Positions 18,201 through 29,162 of a stretch of 64,000 nucleotides of DNA are shown piece by piece. The notes under the pieces were generated by a model. It saw nothing but the letters and a program-made list of their open reading frames with translations, made no database searches and was not told the DNA's origin. Numbering within the stretch: the first letter of the stretch is position 1; each line of letters begins with the position of its first letter. The DNA is taken from positions 1 through 64,000 of the IMG/VR virus record IMGVR_UViG_3300025534_000004; one strand, 5' to 3'. Origin of the DNA: a virus. A program made the translations under genes and the position numbers.

Positions 18201-19226
18201 GCCAGCTATAAGCTGCTCTCGATCAGGATCACCGTCGAGGAGCCGCAATCCGGTGGTGAGACGCCCGATCCGACACCGGCCTTCATCACCCCGGCCGGTC
18301 TGCTCGCTACCATCGACGAAAGGGTCCCATATGCCACTGCGCTCAAGGCCAGTGACGATGTCGGCATCACGCAGTGGAGCATTGTGGACGGGGCGCTTCC
18401 GGACGGGATGACCTTGGATGCACGCACTGGCGTGATTTCCGGGACCCCGGCCGATGTCACCGAGGACCAGACCTCCACCTTCACCGTCAAGATCGAGGAC
18501 GCCGATGGTCTGTCGGCGACGCGCACATTCAGTCTTGCGGTGCGCAAGACCGAGCCGTTCTGGGCACCCGGCACGCCATTCGATCTTGGGACCCTGCAAG
18601 CGAATATGCCGATGACGCCGCTCACGCTCACGGCGCTCAATGGCATCGACCTTACCCATTCGGTGGTGGCTGGAGAACTGCCGCCGGGTCTCACCCTGTC
18701 CCCCAACGGCGTCCTGTCCGGCACTCCGGGCTTTGGAGGCGGAAGGGTCACGCGGTACTTCTTCGTCATCGAGGCGCTGTCGGCCGACGGCCTTTCCGCC
18801 GAGCGCAGCTTCTCGATCTCCATTTCCGACAATCCGCCGGTCTGGGTGACCAAGGAGGGTCTTGTGGGCACGGTCGATGAAGGGGAGGAAATCAACATCC
18901 CGCTCATTGCGACCGACCCGGACAACAACATCAGCCAGTATATCGTCGTGAGCGGGAAACTGCCGAGCGGCGTGGCCGTCAACGAGTACTCCGGCGTTCT
19001 CACCGGTACCGTGCCGACCGACCTCTCGCAATCGACCACCTACAGCTTCACGGTGCGCGTGATCGACGAGGATGGCGGCTATGCCGACCGGACCTTCCGG
19101 CTTGCCGTCAATCACTATGGGAATGTCGTCTACTGGCGGACCACGAGCAGCCAACTGCCGGTGGGCAAGACGGGTGCCGAATATGGGTACACTCTGGATG
19201 CCTATTCGGTGAAGGTCATTAGGTGA
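15300..19226 (+). CDS. Ig/cadherin-like (He_PIG-type) repeat virion fibre protein, 13 full repeats plus a C-terminal partial repeat
   Basis: ~95-aa repeats PP.W.TP.G.LG...LP.GL.L...G.ISGT.P...Y.FTVR.TD..G.Y.DR.FSI.V; GGAG RBS before GTG 15300; TAAATA at 15250. Confidence 0.9.
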   Translation: MILVKSIAFRGAINVKYRIADTSPPVWVTPEGLLGTAHSGDTVGFQLVADSANLITDYRVISGELPAYLTLTSTGLLTGTVPEEIESETTFEITVRVTDNYGQYADRSFSVVVAPPLPLAPIWQTPSNLGSVPALTPINIGLLAEADPSATIVSYTIAPYSGALPVGLTLDPVTGALSGTPNYVGTNTTYFFVLRVTDSNGRFTDRSFRLAVTYVNTPPKFITPTGLITDLEGGESANVLLNATDDKGIKHWRVLTGALPDGLTLSNAGFIMGTVASVTETTVYDFTVEIEDAEGLTAQRDFSIKVWAPNQPPVFLTPEGSLGTFDEESKINISLSVADDRNQIAKVEVVGGDFPAELNMRPEGTIVGTLPAVEEDTTYTFTLRVTDLGNRENKNKLYSDRTFSLTVRNVENMAPVITTPAGSLGTFAENSTILVHLEATDDRDGTYVTWSIAPGSSLPDGLTLTSDGTLKGTAPEVMEDTTYEFTLRVSDHGDGINDPLFTDRTFSITVTDVNTPPVLEGPSNLGKYWTGDVVEVQLSAQDDKAITEWEVIGGELPPGFVLTTSGVISGTVPPLDEITDYSFEIRVSDAEGLTASATYTMRLMSEEATLTNAAPVITTPAGSLGIFDERTAISYTLAATDDYDEPVWEVTGGDLPEGLNLSPEGVISGTTPDVMEDTTYEFTVRASDSRGLYTERSFSMIVADVNTPPEITTTELPPVVEGNSVSFQLEGTDDKAITEWSIVSGALPSGLSISASGLISGTAPEVDEDTSYAFTVQASDAGGLTATMELSLTVRSREPYFVTPSGLLGTFEKREEIAVAVEARDDVGITLWEAVDLPDFLTLQPNGVLTGIAPDVLTDTVYPITLYIEDADGHSATREFSIAIKYVNTPPVITSSADLGAYVQNAPVSIQLEGTDDIGIDEWALEDSDLPEGLSLTPTGLISGTTPSVTEDTRFYFTVRATDTGGLASYKLLSIRITVEEPQSGGETPDPTPAFITPAGLLATIDERVPYATALKASDDVGITQWSIVDGALPDGMTLDARTGVISGTPADVTEDQTSTFTVKIEDADGLSATRTFSLAVRKTEPFWAPGTPFDLGTLQANMPMTPLTLTALNGIDLTHSVVAGELPPGLTLSPNGVLSGTPGFGGGRVTRYFFVIEALSADGLSAERSFSISISDNPPVWVTKEGLVGTVDEGEEINIPLIATDPDNNISQYIVVSGKLPSGVAVNEYSGVLTGTVPTDLSQSTTYSFTVRVIDEDGGYADRTFRLAVNHYGNVVYWRTTSSQLPVGKTGAEYGYTLDAYSVKVIR

Positions 19227-19269
19227 GCTTGAACGCGCAGAATGCCATTTCAACAGAAAGCCATTTGAG

Positions 19270-20310
19270 ATGCCCAGCTACATAGTGCGCATCCGCGCAA
19301 CCGATGAAACCGGTGCCTACGCGGACCGGAACTTCACCTTCAATGTGACCAGTTCGGTGGCGAACCAGATCATGGCCGTTGACGGTATCGGCGGCTATGC
19401 CTCGCCGGACGGCGTCGCATGGACCAAGCGAATCACCGTCGGTGGGCGCCGCGTCACGCATGGAAACGGCCTCTGGATCATTTCCGGTGCGGTGACTGGT
19501 CGGACCGCGAACCAATTCCACTGGTCCAACGACGCCGTGTCATGGGACATGCGGACCATCCCCGCCCTTCTGGTGGACGGCACGCCCAGCGATCCGTTCT
19601 GGGCCTATCTGCATGATCAGTGGTGGGTCCACGGGGCGGTTGCCGCCAACCAGACGGGCTGGATCACCTCCATCAACCCGCAGTCCAAGATATGGACCGC
19701 CAAGGCGGTGACGGGCGGCCTCGGGCTGCGTGCGACGACCCTTGCGAGCGACGGCTCGAATATCATCACCGCGTATGAAGGCAGTACCACCCTCCATGTC
19801 TCGACGGACGGCGGAATGACCTTCGAGCCGCTGCTGGGAAGCCCGGTGCTGCCCGAAGCAAGCGGCGCCACCGTGACCTATCTGAACGGGACGTGGCTCT
19901 GTGTCACGCCGACCGAAGTTCACATCTCCCGCGACCTGCTCACATGGACTATCGGTGCCCTCCCCACCCTTCCGGCCAACACGGTTCTCACGCAGATCAC
20001 CTACGGGAATGGACGCATGGTCCTGCCCCTGTCGAAGGTCAGTGCCGAGGTCGGAACCGTCGGCGCCTGCCTCACCAGCGACAATGGCGGCTATAGCTGG
20101 TCATTGCGGAGCTTCGAGCCGTTCATCGAGGACAGCGTTTCGACCTGCCGGACCAGCGTCGCCTTCGCGTGCGGCTGGTGGCTGCTCGCCGGGTCCTCCG
20201 CAACCAGCCCCGGCCTGCGTGTCTCCCGCAATGCCATCGACTGGTCGGTGGCCGCAGTTGAGGGCAGCGGTGGCTCCTTCAACTCCATCGCACGCACCTC
20301 GATGGGGTGA
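19270..20310 (+). CDS. Putative receptor-binding beta-propeller (Asp-box repeats) with N-terminal Ig fragment
   Basis: S.DG..W repeats; begins MPSYIVRIRATDETGAYADRNFTFNV. Confidence 0.8.
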   Translation: MPSYIVRIRATDETGAYADRNFTFNVTSSVANQIMAVDGIGGYASPDGVAWTKRITVGGRRVTHGNGLWIISGAVTGRTANQFHWSNDAVSWDMRTIPALLVDGTPSDPFWAYLHDQWWVHGAVAANQTGWITSINPQSKIWTAKAVTGGLGLRATTLASDGSNIITAYEGSTTLHVSTDGGMTFEPLLGSPVLPEASGATVTYLNGTWLCVTPTEVHISRDLLTWTIGALPTLPANTVLTQITYGNGRMVLPLSKVSAEVGTVGACLTSDNGGYSWSLRSFEPFIEDSVSTCRTSVAFACGWWLLAGSSATSPGLRVSRNAIDWSVAAVEGSGGSFNSIARTSMG

Positions 20311-20355
20311 CGGTCACACAGCCTGATAAATGCACTTTGAGAAAGCCATCAGACG

Positions 20356-21423
20356 ATGACCATCAAATTCTCTATCGTTCAGGGTTCGCTGCCGCCCGGC
20401 CTGACATTGGCCGAGAACGGGCGGATCAGCGGCGTTATCCCGGACATCGAAATGCCCGAATGGCAGACCCCGGAGGGGCGCCTGCCCGATCTGGTGAGCG
20501 ACGAACCCGTCAATTTCACCTTCGTCGCCAGCGCGGCGGCGTCCCGCACCATCGTGGCCTACCAGACGGTCGGCGTCGGTCAGGCCGCCTATGACGGGCT
20601 GCCGACCGGGGTCATCCTCGATACCGAAACCGGGGTCCTGTCAGGCAGCGCGCGCCGTGATCCGACGGAAGGCGACTTCGCCTCCGACGAGGCGCCGGTC
20701 TGGGAAACCCCGGCCGGAGAGCTTCCTGAGACCGATGAGCACGCCACCTACAGCTTCACCTTCGCGGCCAGCGCGGTGCGCGGCACCAGCATCCGCTACA
20801 TCGTCCTACCGGGGCGCGGGAGCATCCCGTTCGGTCTGGTCCTCGATTCCGCGACCGGCGTGTTGTCCGGCGTCTGTGGCGAGGAATTCGGGCCGCCCGA
20901 CCCCCGCCCCGGCGCCGTGACATGGACGACCCTTCCCGGCGTGCTCGGCACCGTCAATGAGTTCGCTACCTTCACCGCGACGGTGGCGGCCACCAGCGAG
21001 CATCCGATCCGCTATGTGCTTCTCCCCGAGTATGGCGGCCTTCCTTTCGGCCTGACGCTGGATTCCGTGACCGGGACCATCAGCGGCACGCTCGCCGAAC
21101 TGACCGACCACACGGAACCTTATGTCCGGCCAGCGAGCCCGCCAGTATGGGTAACCGCCTCGGCATTGGGGGCGGTGAACAGCGGCGCCGGGGTCAACAT
21201 TTTCCTCTCCGCAACCGCCATCGAGGGACGGACCATGCGCCGCTACTATCTGGCGGACGGTTCGCATCTCCCGCATGGCCTGATCCTCAACAGCGACACG
21301 GGCATCATCGCCGGTACCGCGCAGACCGTGTCCGAGGACACCAATTTCGCCTTCTCGGTCTATGCCGAGGATTCGGCGGGTGCTCGGGCACGGCGAGATT
21401 TCACCCTGACCATCAAGATTTAA
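20356..21423 (+). CDS. Ig-repeat adaptor made mostly of incomplete repeats
   Basis: LP.GL.LD..TG.LSG repeats lacking the terminal strand pair except in the last repeat. Confidence 0.8.
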   Translation: MTIKFSIVQGSLPPGLTLAENGRISGVIPDIEMPEWQTPEGRLPDLVSDEPVNFTFVASAAASRTIVAYQTVGVGQAAYDGLPTGVILDTETGVLSGSARRDPTEGDFASDEAPVWETPAGELPETDEHATYSFTFAASAVRGTSIRYIVLPGRGSIPFGLVLDSATGVLSGVCGEEFGPPDPRPGAVTWTTLPGVLGTVNEFATFTATVAATSEHPIRYVLLPEYGGLPFGLTLDSVTGTISGTLAELTDHTEPYVRPASPPVWVTASALGAVNSGAGVNIFLSATAIEGRTMRRYYLADGSHLPHGLILNSDTGIIAGTAQTVSEDTNFAFSVYAEDSAGARARRDFTLTIKI

Positions 21424-21436
21424 GAAGGCTTTTCCA

Positions 21437-22555
21437 ATGGGTACCTATAATTTCCGAATTCGCGCCTTGGACAACACGGGCGCTTTCGCCGACCGCAACT
21501 TCTCGATCAATGTCCGCAACACCGCCGTGGATCGAATCGTGCTGGTGGACGCCAAGCACGCCTATTCCTCGCCGGACGGCGAAAACTGGTCACTGCGGTC
21601 GAACGCAGGAGGCACCTACGTCACCTACGGCAATGGCATGTGGATTGTTGCTGGGCCATCAACGGGCACAGGACGAACCACTGGGAGCTACATGTATTCC
21701 TACGATGCCGTGAGCTGGTATCAGCAGACTTTTCCCCAATTCAATAGCTCCGGCAACAATAGCAAAGTGGTGGCACCGATCTTCTGCAATGGGCGCTGGT
21801 TCGTCGCATACAACTATGGCTCCGGTACCAACGTCGCCATTTTTTCTACAACGACACCGGAAGATGGGTCCTCTTGGCAGAAAGCCACAACCGATTTGCC
21901 ATCCGGAGCACAGATGACGAACATGATTCATGATGGGCAACGCTTTATTGCCGTCGCGAGCAACACCTCATCGACAACAACTCCGGTGTTTTATATTTCG
22001 ACTAATGGAACAAGCTGGGCACAGGGCACCACTCCGATCAATTCGAACGGTACATTCAATATCACCGACTTGGTGTACGTGAATGGGACATATATACTGA
22101 GCGAATCGTCCAATGCTAGGGTTTGGACCTCACGCGACCTATCAAACTGGGTCCTATCCATACTACCGGCGATTCCAACGTCAAATTTCTTGCACAGGTT
22201 GTATTACGGTAACGGCCGCATTGTTGCTCCCCTCCAAAAAAAAAGCAACGGGGATATCGGGAATTTTCTGACGAGCGATGACGGCGGCATCACATGGGTC
22301 CTGCGCAGCCTCGACAATAAGTTTTCAAGGGCCACGTCTGTTTCAGGATACATGTCGGCGGTTTTCACGCTCGGTGGCTGGATCATGTGTTCCAGTGCCA
22401 TCACCGAGAGTACGACCGAAGGGCGGTATCTCCGGACCTCGACCGACGGCATCACCTTCGAGTCCAGCGCCCCGGATTCCCTGATCGCCGCCGCGACCGC
22501 TGGCGGAAACACCACTGGCGCATTCAACTGGATCGCCGCCATGCCGCTGACCTGA
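21437..22555 (+). CDS. Second Asp-box beta-propeller with N-terminal Ig fragment (paralogue of 19270-20310)
   Basis: Begins MGTYNFRIRALDNTGAFADRNFSINV; SPDGENW, SDDGGITW; AT-richer core. Confidence 0.8.
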   Translation: MGTYNFRIRALDNTGAFADRNFSINVRNTAVDRIVLVDAKHAYSSPDGENWSLRSNAGGTYVTYGNGMWIVAGPSTGTGRTTGSYMYSYDAVSWYQQTFPQFNSSGNNSKVVAPIFCNGRWFVAYNYGSGTNVAIFSTTTPEDGSSWQKATTDLPSGAQMTNMIHDGQRFIAVASNTSSTTTPVFYISTNGTSWAQGTTPINSNGTFNITDLVYVNGTYILSESSNARVWTSRDLSNWVLSILPAIPTSNFLHRLYYGNGRIVAPLQKKSNGDIGNFLTSDDGGITWVLRSLDNKFSRATSVSGYMSAVFTLGGWIMCSSAITESTTEGRYLRTSTDGITFESSAPDSLIAAATAGGNTTGAFNWIAAMPLT

Positions 22556-22680
22556 CGCCCGGCCTTCGCCGGGGCCTGCCCCTTGGGGTGGTCCCGGCGA
22601 CGGCTGCCGCGCCACCAAATAAATAGCTTGCCAGACCGCATTTCCGTGGTATGGTGGCAAGCCATCCGAGAGGACCCGCC

Positions 22681-22875
22681 ATGACCAAACGCGATGCCCC
22701 CGAGCGCCCCGCCAGCCGTCGGTGCAAGATCACCGAGGCGGATATCCTCGCGGACAGGGAATTGGTCGAGAAGATCAGGCGGACGGCGAATATCGTCGTC
22801 GGCGAGCCGATGACCTCGGAACAATTTCACGCTTGGCTGGACGAGATGGCTCGGAAGGCCCGCAAGGGCGCCTGA
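22681..22875 (+). CDS. Small protein, possible antitoxin
   Basis: 64 aa directly upstream of the YafQ-like gene; AGAGGA RBS. Confidence 0.55.
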   Translation: MTKRDAPERPASRRCKITEADILADRELVEKIRRTANIVVGEPMTSEQFHAWLDEMARKARKGA

Positions 22876-22895
22876 GCCCGCAGGATGATTTCAGA

Positions 22896-23369
22896 ATGAC
22901 CATCAATGACGCGATCCGACTGCTAGAGGCCAAGCCGAACAAGCGATCTCCCTCCGCTGCCGCGCAGAATGCCCGAAATTCGAATGGCGAGGGCTGGCGC
23001 ATCACCCAAGGCCCGCTGTTCGCGGCCAGCCTGCTCGACAAGCTGGCGGTATTCCCCGACCTCGCCGAGAAGCTGAAAAAGTTCGAGGAGGTGAAGAAGC
23101 ACAATCCTCTGAGCAGCAAGTACGGCAAGCACGACCGTCCAATGACGGCCGATCTGGTCGGTCTATGGCACTGCCACTTGCGCGACGATGCGGTTCTGAT
23201 CTACCGGCTCAAGGACCGGGCCGTCCATCTGATCTACATCGCCTCCCATGCCGAGCTTGAGGGCAAGCGCCTCAAGCAGACCACGACCCGTCTCCGCAAT
23301 GCCGGGGAGCTACCGGAGGGCACCACCGGCCTCGCTGAGAGCATCATCCGCGCCCTCGGTTTTGCCTGA
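22896..23369 (+). CDS. YafQ/RelE-family mRNA interferase-like protein
   Basis: HDRPMTADLVGLWHCHLRDDAVLIY......HL..IASHAEL matches the YafQ pattern. Confidence 0.8.
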   Translation: MTINDAIRLLEAKPNKRSPSAAAQNARNSNGEGWRITQGPLFAASLLDKLAVFPDLAEKLKKFEEVKKHNPLSSKYGKHDRPMTADLVGLWHCHLRDDAVLIYRLKDRAVHLIYIASHAELEGKRLKQTTTRLRNAGELPEGTTGLAESIIRALGFA

Positions 23370-23380
23370 GGGCGCCCGTC

Positions 23381-23839
23381 TCAGCCGCGCTCCTCCCAGA
23401 AGCAGGTGGGCGTGGCGGGCCGGATCAGCGCAATCAGGCGATCATTCTCCTCCTTCCCGACGCCGAGAGCGATCTCGATGGATCGAATCCATCGCTCGAC
23501 GGTAGGATACTCCTGATCGAAATTCGGTTCTGCCATCTCAGTATCGCCCTCATCCTTGATCCGGGCGCTCGGGTCGAGTGCGCGGATCAGGCGAGCCAAG
23601 ATCGTGGACTGCGCCCACCACGCCACTGGTTTGTAGTGGTACTTCCATGAGAGAGTGCGCGGCGAGGCGAACCACACCGAGAACTGAACTACATCCAGTA
23701 GCTTGACCTCGAAGCCCTCCGGGAAGTGCGTGATCTCGAACACACCGTCGAAGCGCGCGACATTGATCTCTTGCAGTTTTTCCTGCATCGCTGCCCGGTC
23801 GATCTTGCGCCGGAAACGCACTTGCTGGATGTTCGCCAT
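23381..23839 (-). CDS. Hypothetical protein
   Basis: 152-aa ORF in a co-oriented run. Confidence 0.65.
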   Translation of the reverse strand: MANIQQVRFRRKIDRAAMQEKLQEINVARFDGVFEITHFPEGFEVKLLDVVQFSVWFASPRTLSWKYHYKPVAWWAQSTILARLIRALDPSARIKDEGDTEMAEPNFDQEYPTVERWIRSIEIALGVGKEENDRLIALIRPATPTCFWEERG

Positions 23840-23857
23840 CGGTTGCTACCGAACCAC

Positions 23858-24091
23858 TCAGAGGCGCAGGCCACGGACATCGACGCCCGTGCGCTTGTAC
23901 AGAATGGCTTCGGTGATCCGGTCGAGGCGCGGATAGTCGGAGGCGATCATGCCGACGAACTTGAAGGTGGAAATCTTCTCGATGCGGCGGATGTGGTTCT
24001 TGTCCTTGCCGTTCGGGGCGAAGAACACCGCCACCTGATCCTCCATGCCCTCGGTCGTGTTGCGGACCACCATGTAGCTCTCGCTGGGCAT
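23858..24091 (-). CDS. Hypothetical protein
   Basis: 77-aa ORF. Confidence 0.6.
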   Translation of the reverse strand: MPSESYMVVRNTTEGMEDQVAVFFAPNGKDKNHIRRIEKISTFKFVGMIASDYPRLDRITEAILYKRTGVDVRGLRL

Positions 24092-24178
24092 GATCGAAAT
24101 CTCTTTCGCCCCGATATCTAACCCGGAACGAAGGAGCGTGCAAGCATAATCCGGTCGGGTTTCACCGGATTCTTTGGT

Positions 24179-24686
24179 TCAAGCTTGGGGCTTTCCTCCC
24201 GGCCGCATGGCGCTGCGCAGCCGGGCCAGCGCCGCCTCGTCCCGCTTCGGGCGCAGGTGCTTCGGCGGCAAGGGCGGCTGCTTGTTTCCGGGCTTCCTGC
24301 GGGGCGGCTGCGGGGCGGCGGGGAGCAGCCCGCGCCCCGCCCGCTTGGCCTTGGTCCTGCCGTTGCGGAGGGGAGCCGGTGACGGCTGCTTGCGGCGGCG
24401 CAACGCCTCCTCCACCAGACCATCGAACCGGCCGCCCCACCATGGCAAGGCAGTCACGACGAAGCCGTTTGAACTCGACAGTCAGCGCCCCGTCCTTCTC
24501 GGTGACCACCGCGCGCAGGAAGGGCGCCCCCTTGGCACCGAACACCCGGATCACGGGCTCGTCCTTCCTGCCAGTCTTGGAGCGGCGTTTCCAGACGAGA
24601 CGCTGGCTGGTCAGCGTCGCAACCGGCGATGCCGGAAACAGCCGTTCGATCTCGGCGACGCAGACTGTGGTTGTAATCTTGCTCAT
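24179..24686 (-). CDS. Basic hypothetical protein, apparently frameshifted near 24440
   Basis: GGAGG RBS; protein-like C-terminus continues in another frame (ORF 24179-24457). Confidence 0.45.
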
Positions 24687-24973
24687 GCCTTCCTCCTGAT
24701 CACAGGAGGACGCCGCAGCAAGTGCGAGACCCTCCAAGCGATGTCGTCTCGCAGTTCGATCAGGGTGCTCGGCGACCAGCGGGCATAGACGCGTCCAATG
24801 CCAATGCCGACAGCAATCCCTACCAGATAGCCGAATTCGCCGAGCGCGACAGGAAACCGCACAAAGAACGCCCCGTCGCTCAGGAGATGCAACACGGGAA
24901 TTCCTGCCGCGAGAGCCAGCACGATCAGGACATTGGTCACGAGGTCCCGCACTGCCCTCTGGCCGAAATTCAT
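24683..24973 (-). CDS. Membrane protein
   Basis: Two TM helices, ATGA-coupled. Confidence 0.6.
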   Translation of the reverse strand: MNFGQRAVRDLVTNVLIVLALAAGIPVLHLLSDGAFFVRFPVALGEFGYLVGIAVGIGIGRVYARWSPSTLIELRDDIAWRVSHLLRRPPVIRRKA

Positions 24974-25315
24974 GCGTTCCCCGGCTTTCTGGAACTCGTC
25001 GTTCGGACGATGCTCAGGTATTGGATTGTCGGGTATTGCCACGAGGATTACCCTTCTCAACTGCGCTTCAAGTAAGGAAGGGTGTACTATCGAAATAAGG
25101 TTTCTACAACCACTATTTTTGGTTCCACCCGCCTGACGCAGGATGGTCGCGGCTGCCTATCAGCAGCGGAGACAGTCGGCCGGAAAGGTCCCGCCCCCTA
25201 TGGCTACCCGCTCGGTGATTGCCACCACCCTCTCCGGCAGCATGGGCATAGAGAGGAGGGTCTCGGCGAAAATCTCGTACCAGATCGGATCACCGAACGG
25301 TACGCGTATGCTGGC

Positions 25316-25960
25316 TTAACTGATCGATACCATGATGAAGGAGAAGAAGAACAGCGTCGCAGCAATAATCGAGATGCAGGCCGCCCAACTCATGAAACCG
25401 AATACGAAGTTGCATATCACCAGCACGGCAATAAGAAACCCGAGGGCCATTGACATCACTTCACTGAGCTTCACGAACCACCTCGCACGCTCCTCTGCCC
25501 TGATCCGCTCCTCCGCTTTTTCCTGTGCGGCGTGCAGATTTTCATTGGCGGCCCAGCGTGCCTGCCTAGGCGCCGCGTTCTTGGTCGCGGCCTCCCGGAT
25601 GGCACGAAGCCGCTCCTCCGCCATCTGGCGCTCCCTTATCCGCCGAGTATTCTCACTGAATGCCTCTGCCGTCCGCAGAAGATCGTCCACACGCCGCAGC
25701 AGGTCATCGGTCTGCGCTTCGATGTCGCGCAGCCGCGCGTGATAATCCGGTTGGCAGAGATACCGGTCATAGGCCGCCCGCTTGGCCGGGTCCCGGAGCA
25801 CGTCATAGGCCGCCGTGATGGCCCTGAACTTGGCTTCGGCGCCCTTGTCACCCGGATTGCGATCCGGGTGGTACTGCATGGCGAGCCGACGGTATGCCTT
25901 CTTGATGTCGTCTGCGCTGGTACCCCGAGGGACGCCGAGCGTGTCATAGTGGCTCGCCAT
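25316..25960 (-). CDS. J-domain (DnaJ-like) protein with C-terminal TM helices
   Basis: YDTLGV...[21 protein letters not shown]...AYDVL.DP..RAAYD. Confidence 0.92.
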   Translation of the reverse strand: MASHYDTLGVPRGTSADDIKKAYRRLAMQYHPDRNPGDKGAEAKFRAITAAYDVLRDPAKRAAYDRYLCQPDYHARLRDIEAQTDDLLRRVDDLLRTAEAFSENTRRIRERQMAEERLRAIREAATKNAAPRQARWAANENLHAAQEKAEERIRAEERARWFVKLSEVMSMALGFLIAVLVICNFVFGFMSWAACISIIAATLFFFSFIMVSIS

Positions 25961-26027
25961 GGTATCGCCTTCTGAGATCGCGTTTCCGACGGCGCTACCA
26001 CATTAATTCGGTTCAGTCAACTGAGAT

Positions 26028-28249
<2,222 letters not shown>

Positions 28250-28271
28250 TAAATCGCCTTGATGCTGGCCC

Positions 28272-28541
28272 TCAGACCGGAACGATGATGCCGTTCTGCC
28301 ATTTGGCCGGGCTGAGGCGGTCGCCGTTGCAGATGGTGACCTCCTTGATCCGCCCTTCGATCTCGCGCTCCCAGAATGTCAGGAACCGCGTAACACGCGG
28401 GTAGTTCGGGACGAGATCGAGGGTCTGCCAACTGAACTCGTTCAGGAGATGCTCGTGGTCCGGCATGAAATACAGGACGTTGACCGTCACCAGCACGTAG
28501 CCTTCCACGATCATCTTCTGTAACTCGGCATTTCTCGCCAT
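28272..28541 (-). CDS. usg: Usg-family protein
   Basis: GY.L.T...LY.MPDH..LL..F.WQ..DL.P.YP....FL.FW.REIEG. Confidence 0.85.
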   Translation of the reverse strand: MARNAELQKMIVEGYVLVTVNVLYFMPDHEHLLNEFSWQTLDLVPNYPRVTRFLTFWEREIEGRIKEVTICNGDRLSPAKWQNGIIVPV

Positions 28542-28892
28542 CGCTGGGTCCTCGGGACTTTTCTGTCCGGCTATTTAGCGAGCTACCCTGCATTGACCCG
28601 GCGGTTCGGACCTGATAATATGGTTTATCTGGACCGCGTTAAAGCGGTCAATAAGGGGATTTCAAGAATGACCTTTTACGTGGACTTGCTTGCCATGCGC
28701 GCCATCGCGCTCCTCTCCCGGTATATGCCCGTCCGGATCGCCCGCGCCGTCGTCAATGGCGGCTTGCTCATGGCCCTGTTCGGAGGCGGCCTCCTCATCC
28801 GGGCGCTATTCACCCCCTGAACCAAGAAAAACGGTTGCAAATACCGCTTTAATTCGGTAGAACCGTCCCGAAAGCGATTTCAGGAGGCGACA

Positions 28893-29162
28893 ATGTCCCT
28901 AGCCGTCCCGACCGGATACATCTACGAGCCGCAGGTGGACGACTATGACGTGCGCAAGATCGAGCATTGGCTTGTGACCCCCGATGGGAAGCGCATTAAC
29001 ATGGACTTCGACCCCTATCGCTACATGACGGACGAGGACGTGGCCCGCTTCATCGCTCTCGGAATGCCCACCCGCTCGCGGCTCGGCATTGACAGCCCAA
29101 TCTACAGCGAGGACCTCGTCCGGCTGGCTGGACAGGTCGCCCCGGCAGAGGTCGCTTTGTAA
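28893..29162 (+). CDS. Hypothetical protein
   Basis: AGGAGG RBS, TTGCAA-17-TAGAAC promoter. Confidence 0.7.
   Translation: MSLAVPTGYIYEPQVDDYDVRKIEHWLVTPDGKRINMDFDPYRYMTDEDVARFIALGMPTRSRLGIDSPIYSEDLVRLAGQVAPAEVAL

Noticed and set aside
19227-21436. Ig-fragment genes as a decayed single gene or a DGR target
   Set aside because: Fragments are out of linear order, the plug occurs twice, ORFs are intact, and no reverse transcriptase or TR/VR pair is in the window.
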